Positions 41,326 to 56,189 of a stretch of DNA of 64,000 bases are shown here, one piece after another (the stretch's first letter is position 1; each line of letters begins with the position of its first letter). A program made the position numbers and the translations under genes. Under the pieces are notes generated by a model, which was not told the DNA's origin, ran no database searches, and worked only from the letters and a program-made list of their open reading frames with translations. The stretch comes from Octopus vulgaris (Eukaryota), in assembly GCA_951406725.2 (NCBI GenBank), contig OX597821.1, positions 28,892,001-28,956,000 on the forward strand. The letters are read 5' to 3'.

Positions 41326-41615
41326 ACTTAGGAAAACTTACTGACAGCCTTAACAAAAAAAGGTGGGGCTGGCCCTTCTAGTCAAACTCTTTGAGCAACT
41401 TAGACAAGCGCTGATATCGGCCGAATGAACACTGTTGTCGGAAAAGTCAGCATTGTCCAATAAAGAAGAGGAAGATTCCATGAGTCATGTTGCCATATTT
41501 TAAGAATATGTCCGGCCAATGCTTCCGGATCACCTGCTTATAACCACATAGGCTGCAATGATGGCTTGTTCTTTCAACGTCTATAAAACTTCGCTATAGA
41601 CAACATTGTCCTGCC

Positions 41616-41925
41616 TTACGAAGCATACACAAAAAGAGCATTTCTACTCCCCATACGGGAGTAGGCCACATAAAGTTGCCCACGTGAAACGCACAGTTCC
41701 CCCAGATGGATGCCTGTTTGGCCTTGGTACTTGTTGATGGACATGGCGAAGCATGGCCTCACCGGAAACTGTGATCTGAGGATGTTAAACGGCATGTCTG
41801 ACCCCGAGGGATAAAGGTGCATCCTTGAAAGGAAAACATTCCCCCCTCCCGCTCCCCGTAACAATAAAGTGGGCCGATAAGGACTTGACTACTAATCGGG
41901 TCCCGTTGCACTGTTTAGGTGGATA
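41616..41925 (-). pseudogene. Helitron RepHel PIF1-like helicase C-terminal fragment
   Basis: CNGTRLVVKSL..., QFPVRPCFAMSINKYQGQT, SRGQLYVAYSRMG. Confidence 0.9.
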
Positions 41926-42267
41926 AAGCGTGTACTCTTTATCCTATTTGGGTTTTATTGAATGATTGTGTAAACTTTTTCTTAACAATAGGATATATTG
42001 TAAGTCTACACACACACGCACACACACACACACAAACACACACTTGGTGTTATTGTTGTTGTGATGCGTGTACTCTTTATCCCATTTGAGTTGGTGCTTT
42101 GAGGAGTTCGACTCATTGGGTGGTAGGGTTTTTGCGGTGGGGATTAAAGCAGTAATTTATTTCTGGAATCATTATATCATCGAAGATTCTTATGGCAGGA
42201 GATATATTTCAGCGAGGGCTATTCTTTGTTTTGAGTCACAGAGTTGTCAGTGGTCTATCAGCTGTTG

Positions 42268-42433
42268 AGGCGTAGGAGTGGCTGTGTGGTAAGTAGCTTG
42301 CTTACTAATCACATGGTTCCGGGTTCAGTGCCACTGCGTGGCACCTTGGGCAAGTGTCTTCTACTATAGCCTAGGGCTGACCAAAGCCTTGTGAGTGAAT
42401 TTGATAGACGGAAACTGAAAGGAGCCCGTCGTA

Positions 42434-42474
<41 letters not shown>

Positions 42475-42700
42475 GTGTACATGGTTGTGTATCTGTGTTT
42501 GTCTCCCCAACATCGCTTGACGACCGATGCTGGTGTGTTTACGTCCCCGTAACTTAGCAGTTCGGCAAAAGAGATCGATAGAATAAGTACTAGGCTTACA
42601 AAGAATAAGTCCTGGAGTCGATTTGCTCGACTAAAGGTGATGCTCCAGCATGGCCACAGTCAAATGACTGAAACAAGTAAAAGAGTAAAAAAAGTAAAAG
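42268..42700 (+). mobile_element. SINE family C
   Basis: Same structure as 32510-32925. Confidence 0.9.
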
Positions 42701-43035
42701 AGCGTTCGGTAAATTCCGTAAAAAAATTTTATTTGTTTTTGAGCTGGAAATGTACATTTCGTTTGATGTCAACATAAAGTGAAAAAGCGAAAAAATGACA
42801 GGGGCGTGTGTATATTTTGATGGTGGGGTACGAGATAGAAAGTGTGTGTGTGTGTGTGCGAGAGAGAAAGAGAGAGAGAGAGAGTGACAGCGTACATTTT
42901 TAAAATTTATTTTTCCTTGCATCTTTTTTTGAGTGGGTGATTGACTGAGAGAGAGCGTGTGATAGCGTAACACCTCTCTCTCTCTCTTTCTCGCTCTCTC
43001 TCTCTCTTTCTCGCTCTCTCTCTCTCTCTTTCTCG

Positions 43036-43077
<42 letters not shown>

Positions 43078-43240
43078 CACACAGTAACACACACTTTCTC
43101 TCTCTCTTTCCGACAACATACACCTCTCTCACTCAATCAATCACTCACGCACTCAAAAGAGATGCGAGGACAAATAAATTTTAAAAACGTACGCTGTTAC
43201 TTTCCCTCACACTCACGCACATACACATACATCAGTAACC

Positions 43241-43289
<49 letters not shown>

Positions 43290-43980
43290 TGAGGAGGAGG
43301 AGGAGGAGGAGGAAGAGGGGAATGAGCAGGAGAAGGAGGCGGATGAGGTTAGTGTTCTGTAATGGTGAGATCAACTAAACAATACTCCACCTGGTGAGAG
43401 AAATGTTATTTAATAAACAAAGTGTATGTTTTTAGGAGTTACTACTAGATTTATGCATTGAGAGCATGCCAAACAGTAGCAAATAGTCGAAACATTTACT
43501 CCATATGTTAACGCATCAAAAAAATGTAAGCTATGCGTAGCTGAAAGAACTCAAATCCTATTCAGATCTAAGAACTCTAACTCGCTGCTGAATTCTAGAT
43601 CCGAAATTTTCAGCGGACGTAAGTATAAGGCTAAGTTCCTGTTGAGTAATTGGAAAGTGCCTCCCTCTCTGAGCTAAATAGCTGTAAGACAGTCATAAGC
43701 CACTGTCCTTTAAGCCTTATATTTTACAGCCTAAGGGGAAATAACTCTAATAACCCCTTTTCCTTCATTCCGATTTCTTTTTCGTTTTTCGGTTTTCCAA
43801 CCTTCCACATCTACATCTACTTCTCTCTTGCCTTTTCTCGCTTTCTCTTTCATCCAATCGTCCCAGTTTTAGTTCGTTATGCCATCTAGGCAGTGCCCGA
43901 TGATTGCTCTAGGACACTGTTTGACATGCTCTTAGCACATAAAACTAATCGTAGCACTTAAAGGCATATGTTTATTATAG

Positions 43981-44032
<52 letters not shown>

Positions 44033-44235
44033 ATGTATGTGTGTACATAACACTATCATATACTGTTCTCTCTTCTCTTTTTTTACATATTTCACTAGAA
44101 GAAATGGTCACATTTATTTTTTCTCTATCACTCTACAATTACAGCGCTTTATCTTGTCTTCAGTCTATGATATCAAAAGAAAAGAAAGAAAGAGAAGAGG
44201 AGGTGAAGGAGTACAGGGAGAAAGTGCGTGAAGAT

Positions 44236-44247
44236 TATGATGATGAC

Positions 44248-44288
<41 letters not shown>

Positions 44289-44510
44289 CGAAGATGATGA
44301 TGAGGATGATGATGATGATGATGATGGTTGTGGTGGTGGTTGTGGTGGTGGTGGTTGTGGTGGTGGCGGCGACGACGACGACAACGACAACGAACATGAT
44401 GGGGATGATGTCAACGGCGACGTAGACGACGATGAGGATGATGATGATCTTCAAAAGAAAAACAAAAACAAGAACAAGAACAACGAAAACAACAACAACA
44501 ACAGCAGTAA
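44236..44510. repeat. Compound trinucleotide repeats (GAT/GGT/GAC/AAC)
   Basis: Direct sequence. Confidence 0.9.
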
Positions 44511-44944
44511 GAGTAACATCAATTGCAACAACAATACAAAGTCTCTTGTACAAACTCTATATGCGGACACTCAACCATAGAAAGCAAAACGCAAAGATAA
44601 AGGAAGTGAACGGCCGACTGAGAGTGGTTTGCCATATAGACACAGTGTACATCATAAGCAATGTAACTGAAAAGAAAAATAAACTGACCTGCCTATTGTT
44701 TTGCCCTTGTTCAGACAAGTGATGTGCAAACATTTATGCATATTGATCCATGACTAAGTAAACAGAGCGATGTTGGAAAGGACATGTACCGCCATTGTAA
44801 TATTGAATTCCATTTCATTATTGCTGACCGGACACTTGATTTGTATTGTATTGTGTACCCACGCATATATATCTACATACGTGCGTGCGTACATACTTAC
44901 ACACAAATATACGCAAGCAAGTAAAGACATGCACATATACACTG

Positions 44945-45008
<64 letters not shown>

Positions 45009-45282
45009 ATATATATACATATATATATATATGTATATATACATATATGTGTATGTACGTATGTATGTATGTATCTATATCTATCTATGTATATATATAT
45101 ATATTTTTTTTTATATATGTATGTATGTATATGACTGTGTATATGTGCGTATCTGTGTTTATGTTTCTGAGTATGCATGTGTCTGGGCTTAATACAAATG
45201 GGTATATATGCGTACATGTACGGAACTGTGAGAAACAGACACGAAGATCTATGACTCAAGCTTGTTCAATATATAGGGCGTT

Positions 45283-45382
<100 letters not shown>

Positions 45383-46204
45383 ATATATATATATAATTAT
45401 ATAATATATACACATATATGTACATATATATATATATATGCATACAAATACAATCACGCATACTCACGCACACACACACACATACACACACATGATTATG
45501 TGTATATGTGTGTGTGTGCGTGTGTGTGTATGCATTTATATATGCATGTGTGTACATAATTGTAAATAAAACTAAATTTTATGTCGTCGATGATCACCCT
45601 CGTATTCATCCTGTTGAATAGAAGTGGCGGGTTCGGTTGAGTTTGTCTCCGTCCGAATCGATTACCTCCTAACTGGCACTGGCTGCTGAGAGTTACTAAA
45701 TTAATGCCTCTTTCTGATGCTTCTATATCAATAGTCAGCTACTGACTATTGTTCGTATTAGTATGTATGTGTGTATCAACAACCTATTGCCTTCCTCGTA
45801 AAGAAACCTTGTTTTGCATCTTACTGCCAACAATACGGTTAGTTATTAGTCCTTAGTTCTAAATACATCTCATATAAATTTGAAACAATATTTGTTTCAA
45901 CACACGATTACACAGCAAGAATCTTGCAAAACAAATCCATAAACGAGATATTGGAATTATTAAGCAGAACAGAGGAACGCATTCTTGAGCACCGTGTTGC
46001 AATTTCCCCCGAATAACATACAGGACAATTCAGTGTAAACTCAATAGGCGAAATATCATTGCATGGGGCATGGAGCAGAATCATGCACACTTGTTGAGAT
46101 CAGCTGCTTGAATTCCTCATCAAGCATTTAAGAAAACAGAATATCTATGGAGAACTAATGAGAACCCTACAGTACTTATATCCAGGCTATAGATTTTCAT
46201 TTAC

Positions 46205-46422
46205 TCTCTCTTTACTTGTTTCAGTCATTTGACCGTGGCCATGCTGGAGCAGCATCTTTTAGTCGAGCAAATCGACCCCAGGACTTATTCTTATGTAATC
46301 CCAGTACTTATTCTATCAGTGTATTTTGCCGAACCGTTAAGTTACGAGGACGCAAACACACCAGCATTGGTTGTCAAGCGATGTTGGGGGAACAAACACA
46401 GACACACAAACATATATACACA

Positions 46423-46497
<75 letters not shown>

Positions 46498-46645
46498 GAC
46501 GGGCTCCTTTCAGTTTCCGTCTACCAAATCTACTCACAAGGCTTTGGTCAGCCCAAGGCTATAGCAGAAGACACATTCCCAAAGTGCCACGCAGTGGGAC
46601 TGAACCCGGAACCATGTGGTTGGTAAGCAAGCTACTTACCACACA
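46205..46645 (-). mobile_element. SINE family C
   Basis: Reverse copy with an expanded internal (TA)n. Confidence 0.9.
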
Positions 46646-47361
46646 GATATTATCATATATATACTGGTCTTCGCAACAACAGATCTGCATAGAAACCTAG
46701 AAATGTTGAAGTTATCCGATACAGAAAACAACAAAATTATTCGTATTTTCCAAATTGAATCTATTAGATGTACTGAGTAAATTCAGAAAACATTCTACAT
46801 TTTCTCCACTTGAAGTTACTTACGAAACAACCACGCCTGTGCCTCGTGACTAATGACCCTGATGGAACTTGAACCCGCAATCTCCGGAGGGCAACACCCT
46901 ATCCACATAGATATAAATATACAACAGTTAAGAAATGAAGTAGATAAGGTAAACAGTCTGATCGAATCTTCTATGTGTTAATACGTATCTCTTTGCGACA
47001 GCGTAAACTTTCATACATTCAAAATACCCTTGGTCTGATGAGTAGCCCGCGGTATACACCTCACTTGGATATTTGCCACTTCCGAGGTTCCATTCGCTAT
47101 GAATCATCTGTAGCCCGGATCTTATCTCCTACATTCCCTAACGCTTGTATTCTTATTCGCAAAACCGGCAACATCGGTCCCCTACTGTGAGATATAGAGA
47201 AAATATTTTTCAGTTTATCGCACTTCGATACGGAGAAATTCACAACCCCCCCACCTCAAAGTTGTTTCTATATATTGACCCTCAAAGTTGTTTCTATATA
47301 TTTACTACGGATTGCTTGAAGCTAACCTTCTTCCTACACCTCGATACTTGAATCTTATATT

Positions 47362-47437
<76 letters not shown>

Positions 47438-47472
47438 TATAAGCGAGAAAGAAGCAACAAGAATGGATAAGT

Positions 47473-47563
47473 TTTTAGTACAATCGTTTCATACAAAGAC
47501 AGGCTTTATTAAAAGTTGCAAAAATTGCAGCATATAAACGTGTCCCGTACTCATCAGCTAAAA
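47473..47563 (-). ncRNA. Type I hammerhead ribozyme
   Basis: Minus strand TTTTAG-CTGATGA-[GTACGGGACA..TGTCTTTGTAT]-GAAAC-GATT-GTA-CTAAAA. Confidence 0.78.
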
Positions 47564-47573
47564 TACATGTGAG

Positions 47574-49335
<1,762 letters not shown>

Positions 49336-49589
49336 TCTTGCTGAACAACCTTACCCAAATGACTTGTTTCTAGAGATCAAACGTAATGCACTGTACATTA
49401 TCTCACTCCCTCCATAAAATCGACGTTGCTTGAACAGGTGCGTGGTGTACCATACACCAAATGTCTAAGTGATCACAGACCAACGTCATAGGAATTGCTT
49501 TCTTCAAGAACGCAAAGCGCCAATCGCGATCGAGAGTGTAAACACATTGACTGTGTTAGGTCATACATGCTTTTACTCAATCGGTTGTG

Positions 49590-49742
49590 TAATAATATTG
49601 TTTCACAACCGCATGGTTCCGATTTCAGCCCCAGTGCGTGGCATCTTGGTCAAGTGTCATTTACTGTAGCCGCGGGGCCGACCAAAGCCGTGTGAGTGGA
49701 TTTGGCAGACGGAAACTTAAAGGACTCATCGTATATGTGTGC

Positions 49743-49818
<76 letters not shown>

Positions 49819-49935
49819 ATGTGTGTGTGTGTGCGTGCGGGCATCTGTGTGGTGTGCGTGTGTTTTCTTTGTGCTTGTCCCCCGTGCCCATCACCGCTTA
49901 GCAACCGGTGTTGATGTATTTCCGATCCCATAACC
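49590..49935 (+). mobile_element. SINE family C, diverged, internal (TG)n
   Basis: GGCATCTTGGTCAAGTGTC..GTGAGTGGATTTGGCAGACGGAAACT. Confidence 0.75.
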
Positions 49936-50221
49936 ACTTTGTTTTCGTCCGGTTTCTTTGTCTGTCTTTACTGCCTGTGTTTGTTCCCAACTTTACTCTC
50001 CATAAATCCGAAAGTTATGCTATTTATGGGAGAAATTGTCTTCCAAGACTCATATTGTCGTTGATTACTCGAAATGGGGAGTAGATAGACAGCCAACAAC
50101 TGCTTTCCATTTTTTTCTGTCGTTCTTTACGGATTTAACTCATTTGTTTTCGTATTTCATGTTGTTTACTGTTGGTGACGTCCTGTACCCATATACACAC
50201 TCAGATTTATGCGTGTGTAAG

Positions 50222-50265
<44 letters not shown>

Positions 50266-50270
<5 letters not shown>

Positions 50271-50410
50271 CCAAAAAATAAGCAACAAGAATGGATTCGG
50301 TAATTTAGTACAATTGATTCATACTATAACAGTTTATTAATAAATTGTTATAGTATGAAACAATTGTACTAAATTACCGGATCCATTCTTGTTGCTTATT
50401 TTTGGTTATA
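50266..50410. repeat. ~145-bp spacerless palindrome
   Basis: Arms of ~72 nt centred at TTTATT|AATAAA (50338/50339), with few mismatches. Confidence 0.92.
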
Positions 50411-50507
50411 ATTACCCCACATAATTTTATGGGTAATACCCTAAAAAATTCTGCTGCATCTAAGTTAAGTACCATATTCATTTGAATCTAAATTGTTTTG
50501 CTGAAAG

Positions 50508-50544
<37 letters not shown>

Positions 50545-50548
50545 TTTA

Positions 50549-50885
50549 AGACCCCCTTCGGTCAGACACTGACCATGGGTTTGCACCTAGAGAGTTACTC
50601 TCTGAGGCACAAGTCTGGGCAAGATTGTTTTATGGAAGACCAGCAGTCGCCCATGCATACCGGCCTCCCCTCTCCACGCCACCGATGTTGTCCAAGGGAA
50701 AGGCAAGGACCGATACAGCTTGGCACCTGTGACGTCGCAACTCATTTCTACAGCTGAGTGAACTGGAGCAACGTGAAATAAAGTGTCTTGCTCAAGAACA
50801 CAACACGCAGCCCGGTCCGGGATTCGAGATCACAACCTCACGATCGTAAGCTCGACGCTCTAACCACTGAGCCACGCGCCTTCAC
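50549..50885 (-). mobile_element. SINE family A
   Basis: Homologous to 2263-2600. Confidence 0.9.
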
Positions 50886-50929
50886 TATATATTTATAAAT
50901 GTAATAGATGTATGTATGTCTCTTAACTT

Positions 50930-51320
50930 TTACTAATTTTAGTACTGGACTACAACCATGCTGGGACACTAGCTGGGAATGCTTAGTCGGACAAATCGAC
51001 GCCAGTACTTATTCTCTAAGCCTGGTATTTATTTCATGTGTCTCTATGCTGGAAAATTAAGATAAACTGACATAAACAAACCAGCACCGGTTGTTAAGTG
51101 GTTTTGGGGGGACAAACTCAAATACAAGGTCACTCACGAAGAAATATGCACTTATACAACGAGTCTCTCACGGTTTTCTTCTAACAAATCCACTCAGAAG
51201 ATTTTTGTCGGCCTAGGTTAATTCTAAAATCACTTTCACAAGGTGTAACGCAATGGGACTGAACCCGAACACATGTGGTTGGAAAGCAAACTTCTAACCA
51301 CACAGTGTCGCATGCGCCTA
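50930..51320 (-). mobile_element. SINE family C, old copy
   Basis: GGGACTGAACCCGAACACATGTGGTTGG head in reverse. Confidence 0.7.
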
Positions 51321-51326
51321 TACATA

Positions 51327-51449
<123 letters not shown>

Positions 51450-51619
51450 ATATATAAAACATCCAAATTTCCTTATTCCTCATTCCACATTGAGAGAAGA
51501 AAGAGATGGACGCTTCAATTCTATGCTGTTGCCGCATTATGTCGTACGCGAATGAGAGGATTTGCATCCCCAACCAAGAATTTTTGATGTAACACATGTC
51601 CTTGTGGAAGCTGTTGTGC

Positions 51620-51697
51620 GCGGCTGAAGAAGGCCACAGACATACATTATGCATTGTTATAAATCTGTCTAATAAAGGCCCGAAACATATGTACCGC
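51620..51697 (+). ncRNA. Type I hammerhead ribozyme
   Basis: GCGG-CTGAAGA-[AGGCC.AGACA..TGTCT..GGCCC]-GAAAC-ATAT-GTA-CCGC, with palindromic stem III ACATATGT. Confidence 0.72.
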
Positions 51698-51733
51698 TGA
51701 ATCCTTGGCATCATGTTTTTATTTTGATCAATT

Positions 51734-51793
<60 letters not shown>

Positions 51794-52675
51794 TATATGT
51801 TGGATAGGTTTATGATACTAATGGCTATGTGCTCCATTTAGTCGCAGTTTATGAAAACATAGTCTGCGTACAAATATGATCACACCCACAGAAACACACA
51901 CGCAAACACTAGCACAGAAACAAGGGCACTTTAACGGAGATACTGAATTTAATACTGAAACCTAATGAAAAAATTGTCTCAGGTTTCTTCTATGCTGCCA
52001 TCATTTCCCATAGCTTCGTAGTTTTTCCCACACGGATGTACCTGATTACAGGTTCGGGCTATGTGAAAATTCGAGATTACTCAGTGCTCGTGTACATATG
52101 TTGCACTGTTTGCTTATCTCAAATTTTATTTTTACATGTTCAAGTCTCGACAGTCTACTATCTCTAATTGTAAAAATAGCCCCATGTAATTTAATTAGTT
52201 AAAATATTCATGAAGGTGGCGAATTTGCGGTGTTGTTACAGCGTCGGATAAGAATATTTCACACCAATTTCGTCCGACACTCTGTACTCTAAATCGAAAT
52301 TCCACTGGGTTCAATGTTGATTTTCGTCCTTTTGAGGAGATTCATAATGGGGTACTAATCTAGAGTACGAGTTAGCAACGCCATTAGAGCTTTGGGTCAA
52401 ATGATTTAACAGTTATTTCTGCCTCCATTTGACGTCCTGAGTTTTCTCTGTAGTATGCATTTTTCTCGGGTTGTGTTAGGAGGCGTAATCTATCACCATC
52501 TTTAACACTGTCATCTGGAAAGTTTGGTGTGGCTTTATGGAGGTCCCGTCTGTTGCAAGCATTTGGATTATGGCTCTGCTTTGAAGGATAGTTTCTTCTC
52601 TACCCTCATCTACAATATCCGAGTGCCTGTGCAGGGAGAATGGGCACTACATTTCTTCCCATTTGAAAGATGACT

Positions 52676-52952
<277 letters not shown>

Positions 52953-53583
52953 GCAAGGTATGCATGTAATATTTTCATGTATATATGCGTGTGTTTCTGG
53001 GTGTGTATGTATGTGGATGTATTTGTGTGGGTTATAAAATATTATTTTAAAGCACTTGTAATAACAAATAAGTATTTGCAGTTGATGTGACTCTATTAAA
53101 AGAGTAGAATCGACTTGACCTTCACAATATATGTGTATATATATATATATATATATACATATAATGTAGTGTGTGCGTGTGTATGTGTGTATACGGGTAT
53201 ACATACATATATATAGATATAGATATATAATATATATACCTGTATATATGTGTGTGTGTGTATGTGTGTATACATGTGTGTTTGGGTGTAAAGTATGCGT
53301 GCATTATTTTTATTCATGTTTATATGTAATATATTACATGAATGTATTCATGTAATATCTTATGTAATAAACACATGTAATATCTTTCTGTAAAATCTTA
53401 TATATTCACGTCTGGTTACCACAGAGAAATCTACGGGTGATAAATGTACAATATTATTGTTAATTTTCTGCTGCAAACTGCATTTAATAAGATTAATTGA
53501 AAAAACCTATGCTTTATTCTCTAACAGTTTATACACGATAAAAATATTCATACAAATTTATATTATAATATATATATATACAT

Positions 53584-53697
<114 letters not shown>

Positions 53698-53754
53698 GTA
53701 TATATATATATGTATATATATATACAATTATACATACATATATATATATATACA

Positions 53755-53814
<60 letters not shown>

Positions 53815-53816
<2 letters not shown>

Positions 53817-54359
53817 CTCTTTTACTCTTTTACTTGTTTCAGTCATTTGACTGCGGCCATGCTGGAGCACCACCTTTAATCGAGCAACTCGATCCCGGGA
53901 CTTATTCTTTTGTAAGCCCAGTACTTATTCTATCGTACTCTTTTGCCGAACCGCTAAGTAACGGGGACATAAACACACCAGCATCAATGCTAGGGGGACA
54001 AACACACACACGCATATATATATATATATATATACATATATATGACGGACTTCTTTCAGTTTCTATCGGTCACTTTTACCGAACCGCTAGGTTACGGGGA
54101 CGTAAACACACCAGCATCGGTTGTCAAGCGATGTTGGTCGGACAAACACAGACACACAAACATAAACACTCATATACATACACATATATATATACATAAA
54201 TACGACGGACTTCTTTCAGTTTCCGTCTACCAAATCCACTCACAAGGCTTTGGTCAGCCCGAGGCTATAGTAGAAGACAGTTGCCTAAGGTGCCACGCAG
54301 TGGGACTGAACCCGGAACCATGTGGTTGGTAAGCAAGCAACCTACCACACAGCCACTCC

Positions 54360-54360
<1 letters not shown>
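53815..54360 (-). mobile_element. SINE family C with partial internal duplication
   Basis: The segment CCGAACCGCTA..ACACCAGCATC..GACGGACTTCTTTCAGTTTC occurs twice. Confidence 0.88.
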
Positions 54361-54427
<67 letters not shown>

Positions 54428-54677
54428 CTGACAGGACACAGAAAGTGTGTCTATGGCCAGCTGGAGGAGTGTGTCCTCCTGGGGCTAAAAACTACAGTAG
54501 CATCCACCCTTAGGGGTAGCCATATTGAGATGGCAAATATACGTCACGATGTGTTACCGCTACTGTATATAACTCACTTTGATATTTATCATTGTTTGAT
54601 TTCACTTTTTCAATATCAGCGACAGTGGACGCTGGAAAAAGTATAAGTATTTGTGAAGGAGATCTAATTCTCGCCGA

Positions 54678-54747
54678 CAACTATGATTGTCACACGCTGA
54701 CGAGAGGTCAATACCTCGAAACTCGAGTCCGTGTGTATCATAAGTTG
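54678..54747 (+). ncRNA. Type I hammerhead ribozyme (352-bp unit)
   Basis: CACACG-CTGACGA-GAGGT(CAAT)ACCTC-GAAAC-TCGA-GTC-CGTGTG, with stem I extended by CAACTATGAT/ATCATAAGTTG; predicted cut after 54729. Confidence 0.93.
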
Positions 54748-55029
54748 AAGACGGGAAGGATGACTTCCCTTTGCAAATACTGACAGGACACAGAAAGTGT
54801 GTCTATGGCCAGCTGGAGGAGTGTGTCCTCCTGGGGCTAAAAACTACAGTAGCATCCACCCTTAGGGGTAGCCATATTGAGATGGCAAATATACGTCACG
54901 ATGTGTTACCGCTACTGTATATAACTCACTTTGATATTTATCATTGTTTGATTTCACTTTTTCAATATCAGCGACAGTGGACGCTGGAAAAAGTATAAGT
55001 ATTTGTGAAGGAGATCTAATTCTCGCCGA

Positions 55030-55099
55030 CAACTATGATTGTCACACGCTGACGAGAGGTCAATACCTCGAAACTCGAGTCCGTGTGTATCATAAGTTG
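55030..55099 (+). ncRNA. Type I hammerhead ribozyme (352-bp unit)
   Basis: Identical copy; predicted cut after 55081. Confidence 0.93.
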
Positions 55100-55250
55100 A
55101 AGACGGGAAGGATGACTTCCCTTTGCAAATACTGACAGGACACAGAAAGTGTGTCTATGGCCAGCTGGAGGAGTGTGTCCTCCTGGGGCTAAAAACTACA
55201 GTAGCATCCACCCTGAGGGGTAGCCATATTGAGATGTCAAATATACGTCA

Positions 55251-55286
<36 letters not shown>

Positions 55287-55979
55287 CGTCTGTACTTCAT
55301 ATATCCGAAAAAGAAGCACATATGTACGTGGAGAGCAGTTAAACTTGAGTACACCTCAACTCAATGTTCAACTAACTAAACAGTCCGTCAGTGTTCCAAT
55401 GTAATACAGAATTAGAGAAACTGGCATAGTTGCTAATTACCGTGGATGTGCATGTAGAGGAAATAAATAAAAATAGAGAGTGAAGGAACAGAAACAATCA
55501 GAAGTGACAGAGGCAGTGACGAAGGGGAGAAACAGTGGGAAAGAGATGAGTGAAAGGCAGAGAGATGGATTCATAATAATGATATATGGGAGATATTCCT
55601 CTAATATCTTTACCTCACATCTCCATGTTATATTTCCATGTAATATCTCCATTTGACTTATTCACGTTCTTTGCTTACGTTAGATCATCTAATATCTTCG
55701 ATTAATATATTTATGCAATATTTTCAAATATTCATGTAATATCTTTGGTTAAAGCCTTCATATAAAATATTTAGTTTAATTTTCTTATTATACTAAGTAC
55801 GATATTTACTGAAAGTAATTACGGTCACAGATGTCACCTAGATGCAGGCATGGCTGAGAGGCAAGCAGCTTCTTTTTCAACACCATAGTTGCGATTTGAA
55901 TCCTAAGTGTCTTCTACTGTAGGCCCGTGTCGACCAAAGTCAGGTGAGTGGATTTAATTAGATTGCTATTATGCAAAAG

Positions 55980-56189
55980 TGTCGTAAGTCCAAAACGTTG
56001 CCGTTTAAGAAAACGAAAATGTAGTTTCACCATTCCATAGCAAAACCTTTGTACTACACTTTGAGAATGTTTGATATCTTGGCATCTGAAGCAATTGGAG
56101 ATACGATAGTTTGACCAAAAAGAACCGGCTATTGCAACCAAAAATAAATACTGAAAAGAACTCATTTGGCCAAATTCGGACTTACGACA
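55980..56189. mobile_element. Small TIR element inside an old SINE C copy
   Basis: TGTCGTAAGTCC ... GGACTTACGACA inverted ends; no clear TSD. Confidence 0.55.

Larger units (their letters stand above)
40260..41930 (-). mobile_element. Helitron 3' remnant with PIF1 helicase fragment
   Basis: The minus-strand end CTCGAGCAACGCCGGGCTAAACTGCTAG resembles the 32141-32168 terminus; helicase motifs lie at 41616-41930. Confidence 0.85.
54423..55254 (+). repeat. 352-bp tandem array (~2.4 units), non-LTR retrozyme-like
   Basis: Units start at 54423, 54775 and 55127, are nearly identical, and have (TA)n on both flanks. Confidence 0.95.

Noticed and set aside
43987-44580. 197-aa ORF with poly-D/G/N
   Set aside because: Built from compound trinucleotide repeats, with no domain.
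45740-46190. Possible Penelope GIY-YIG remnant
   Set aside because: Only a faint motif resemblance (EFTLNCPVCYSGE).
47030-47070. CTGATGA followed by a short hairpin
   Set aside because: No GAAA/NUH or stem I follows.
54592-55404. Repeated 63-93 aa ORFs in the 352-bp array
   Set aside because: Alternative starts and no recognisable motifs; the RNA structure explains the unit better.
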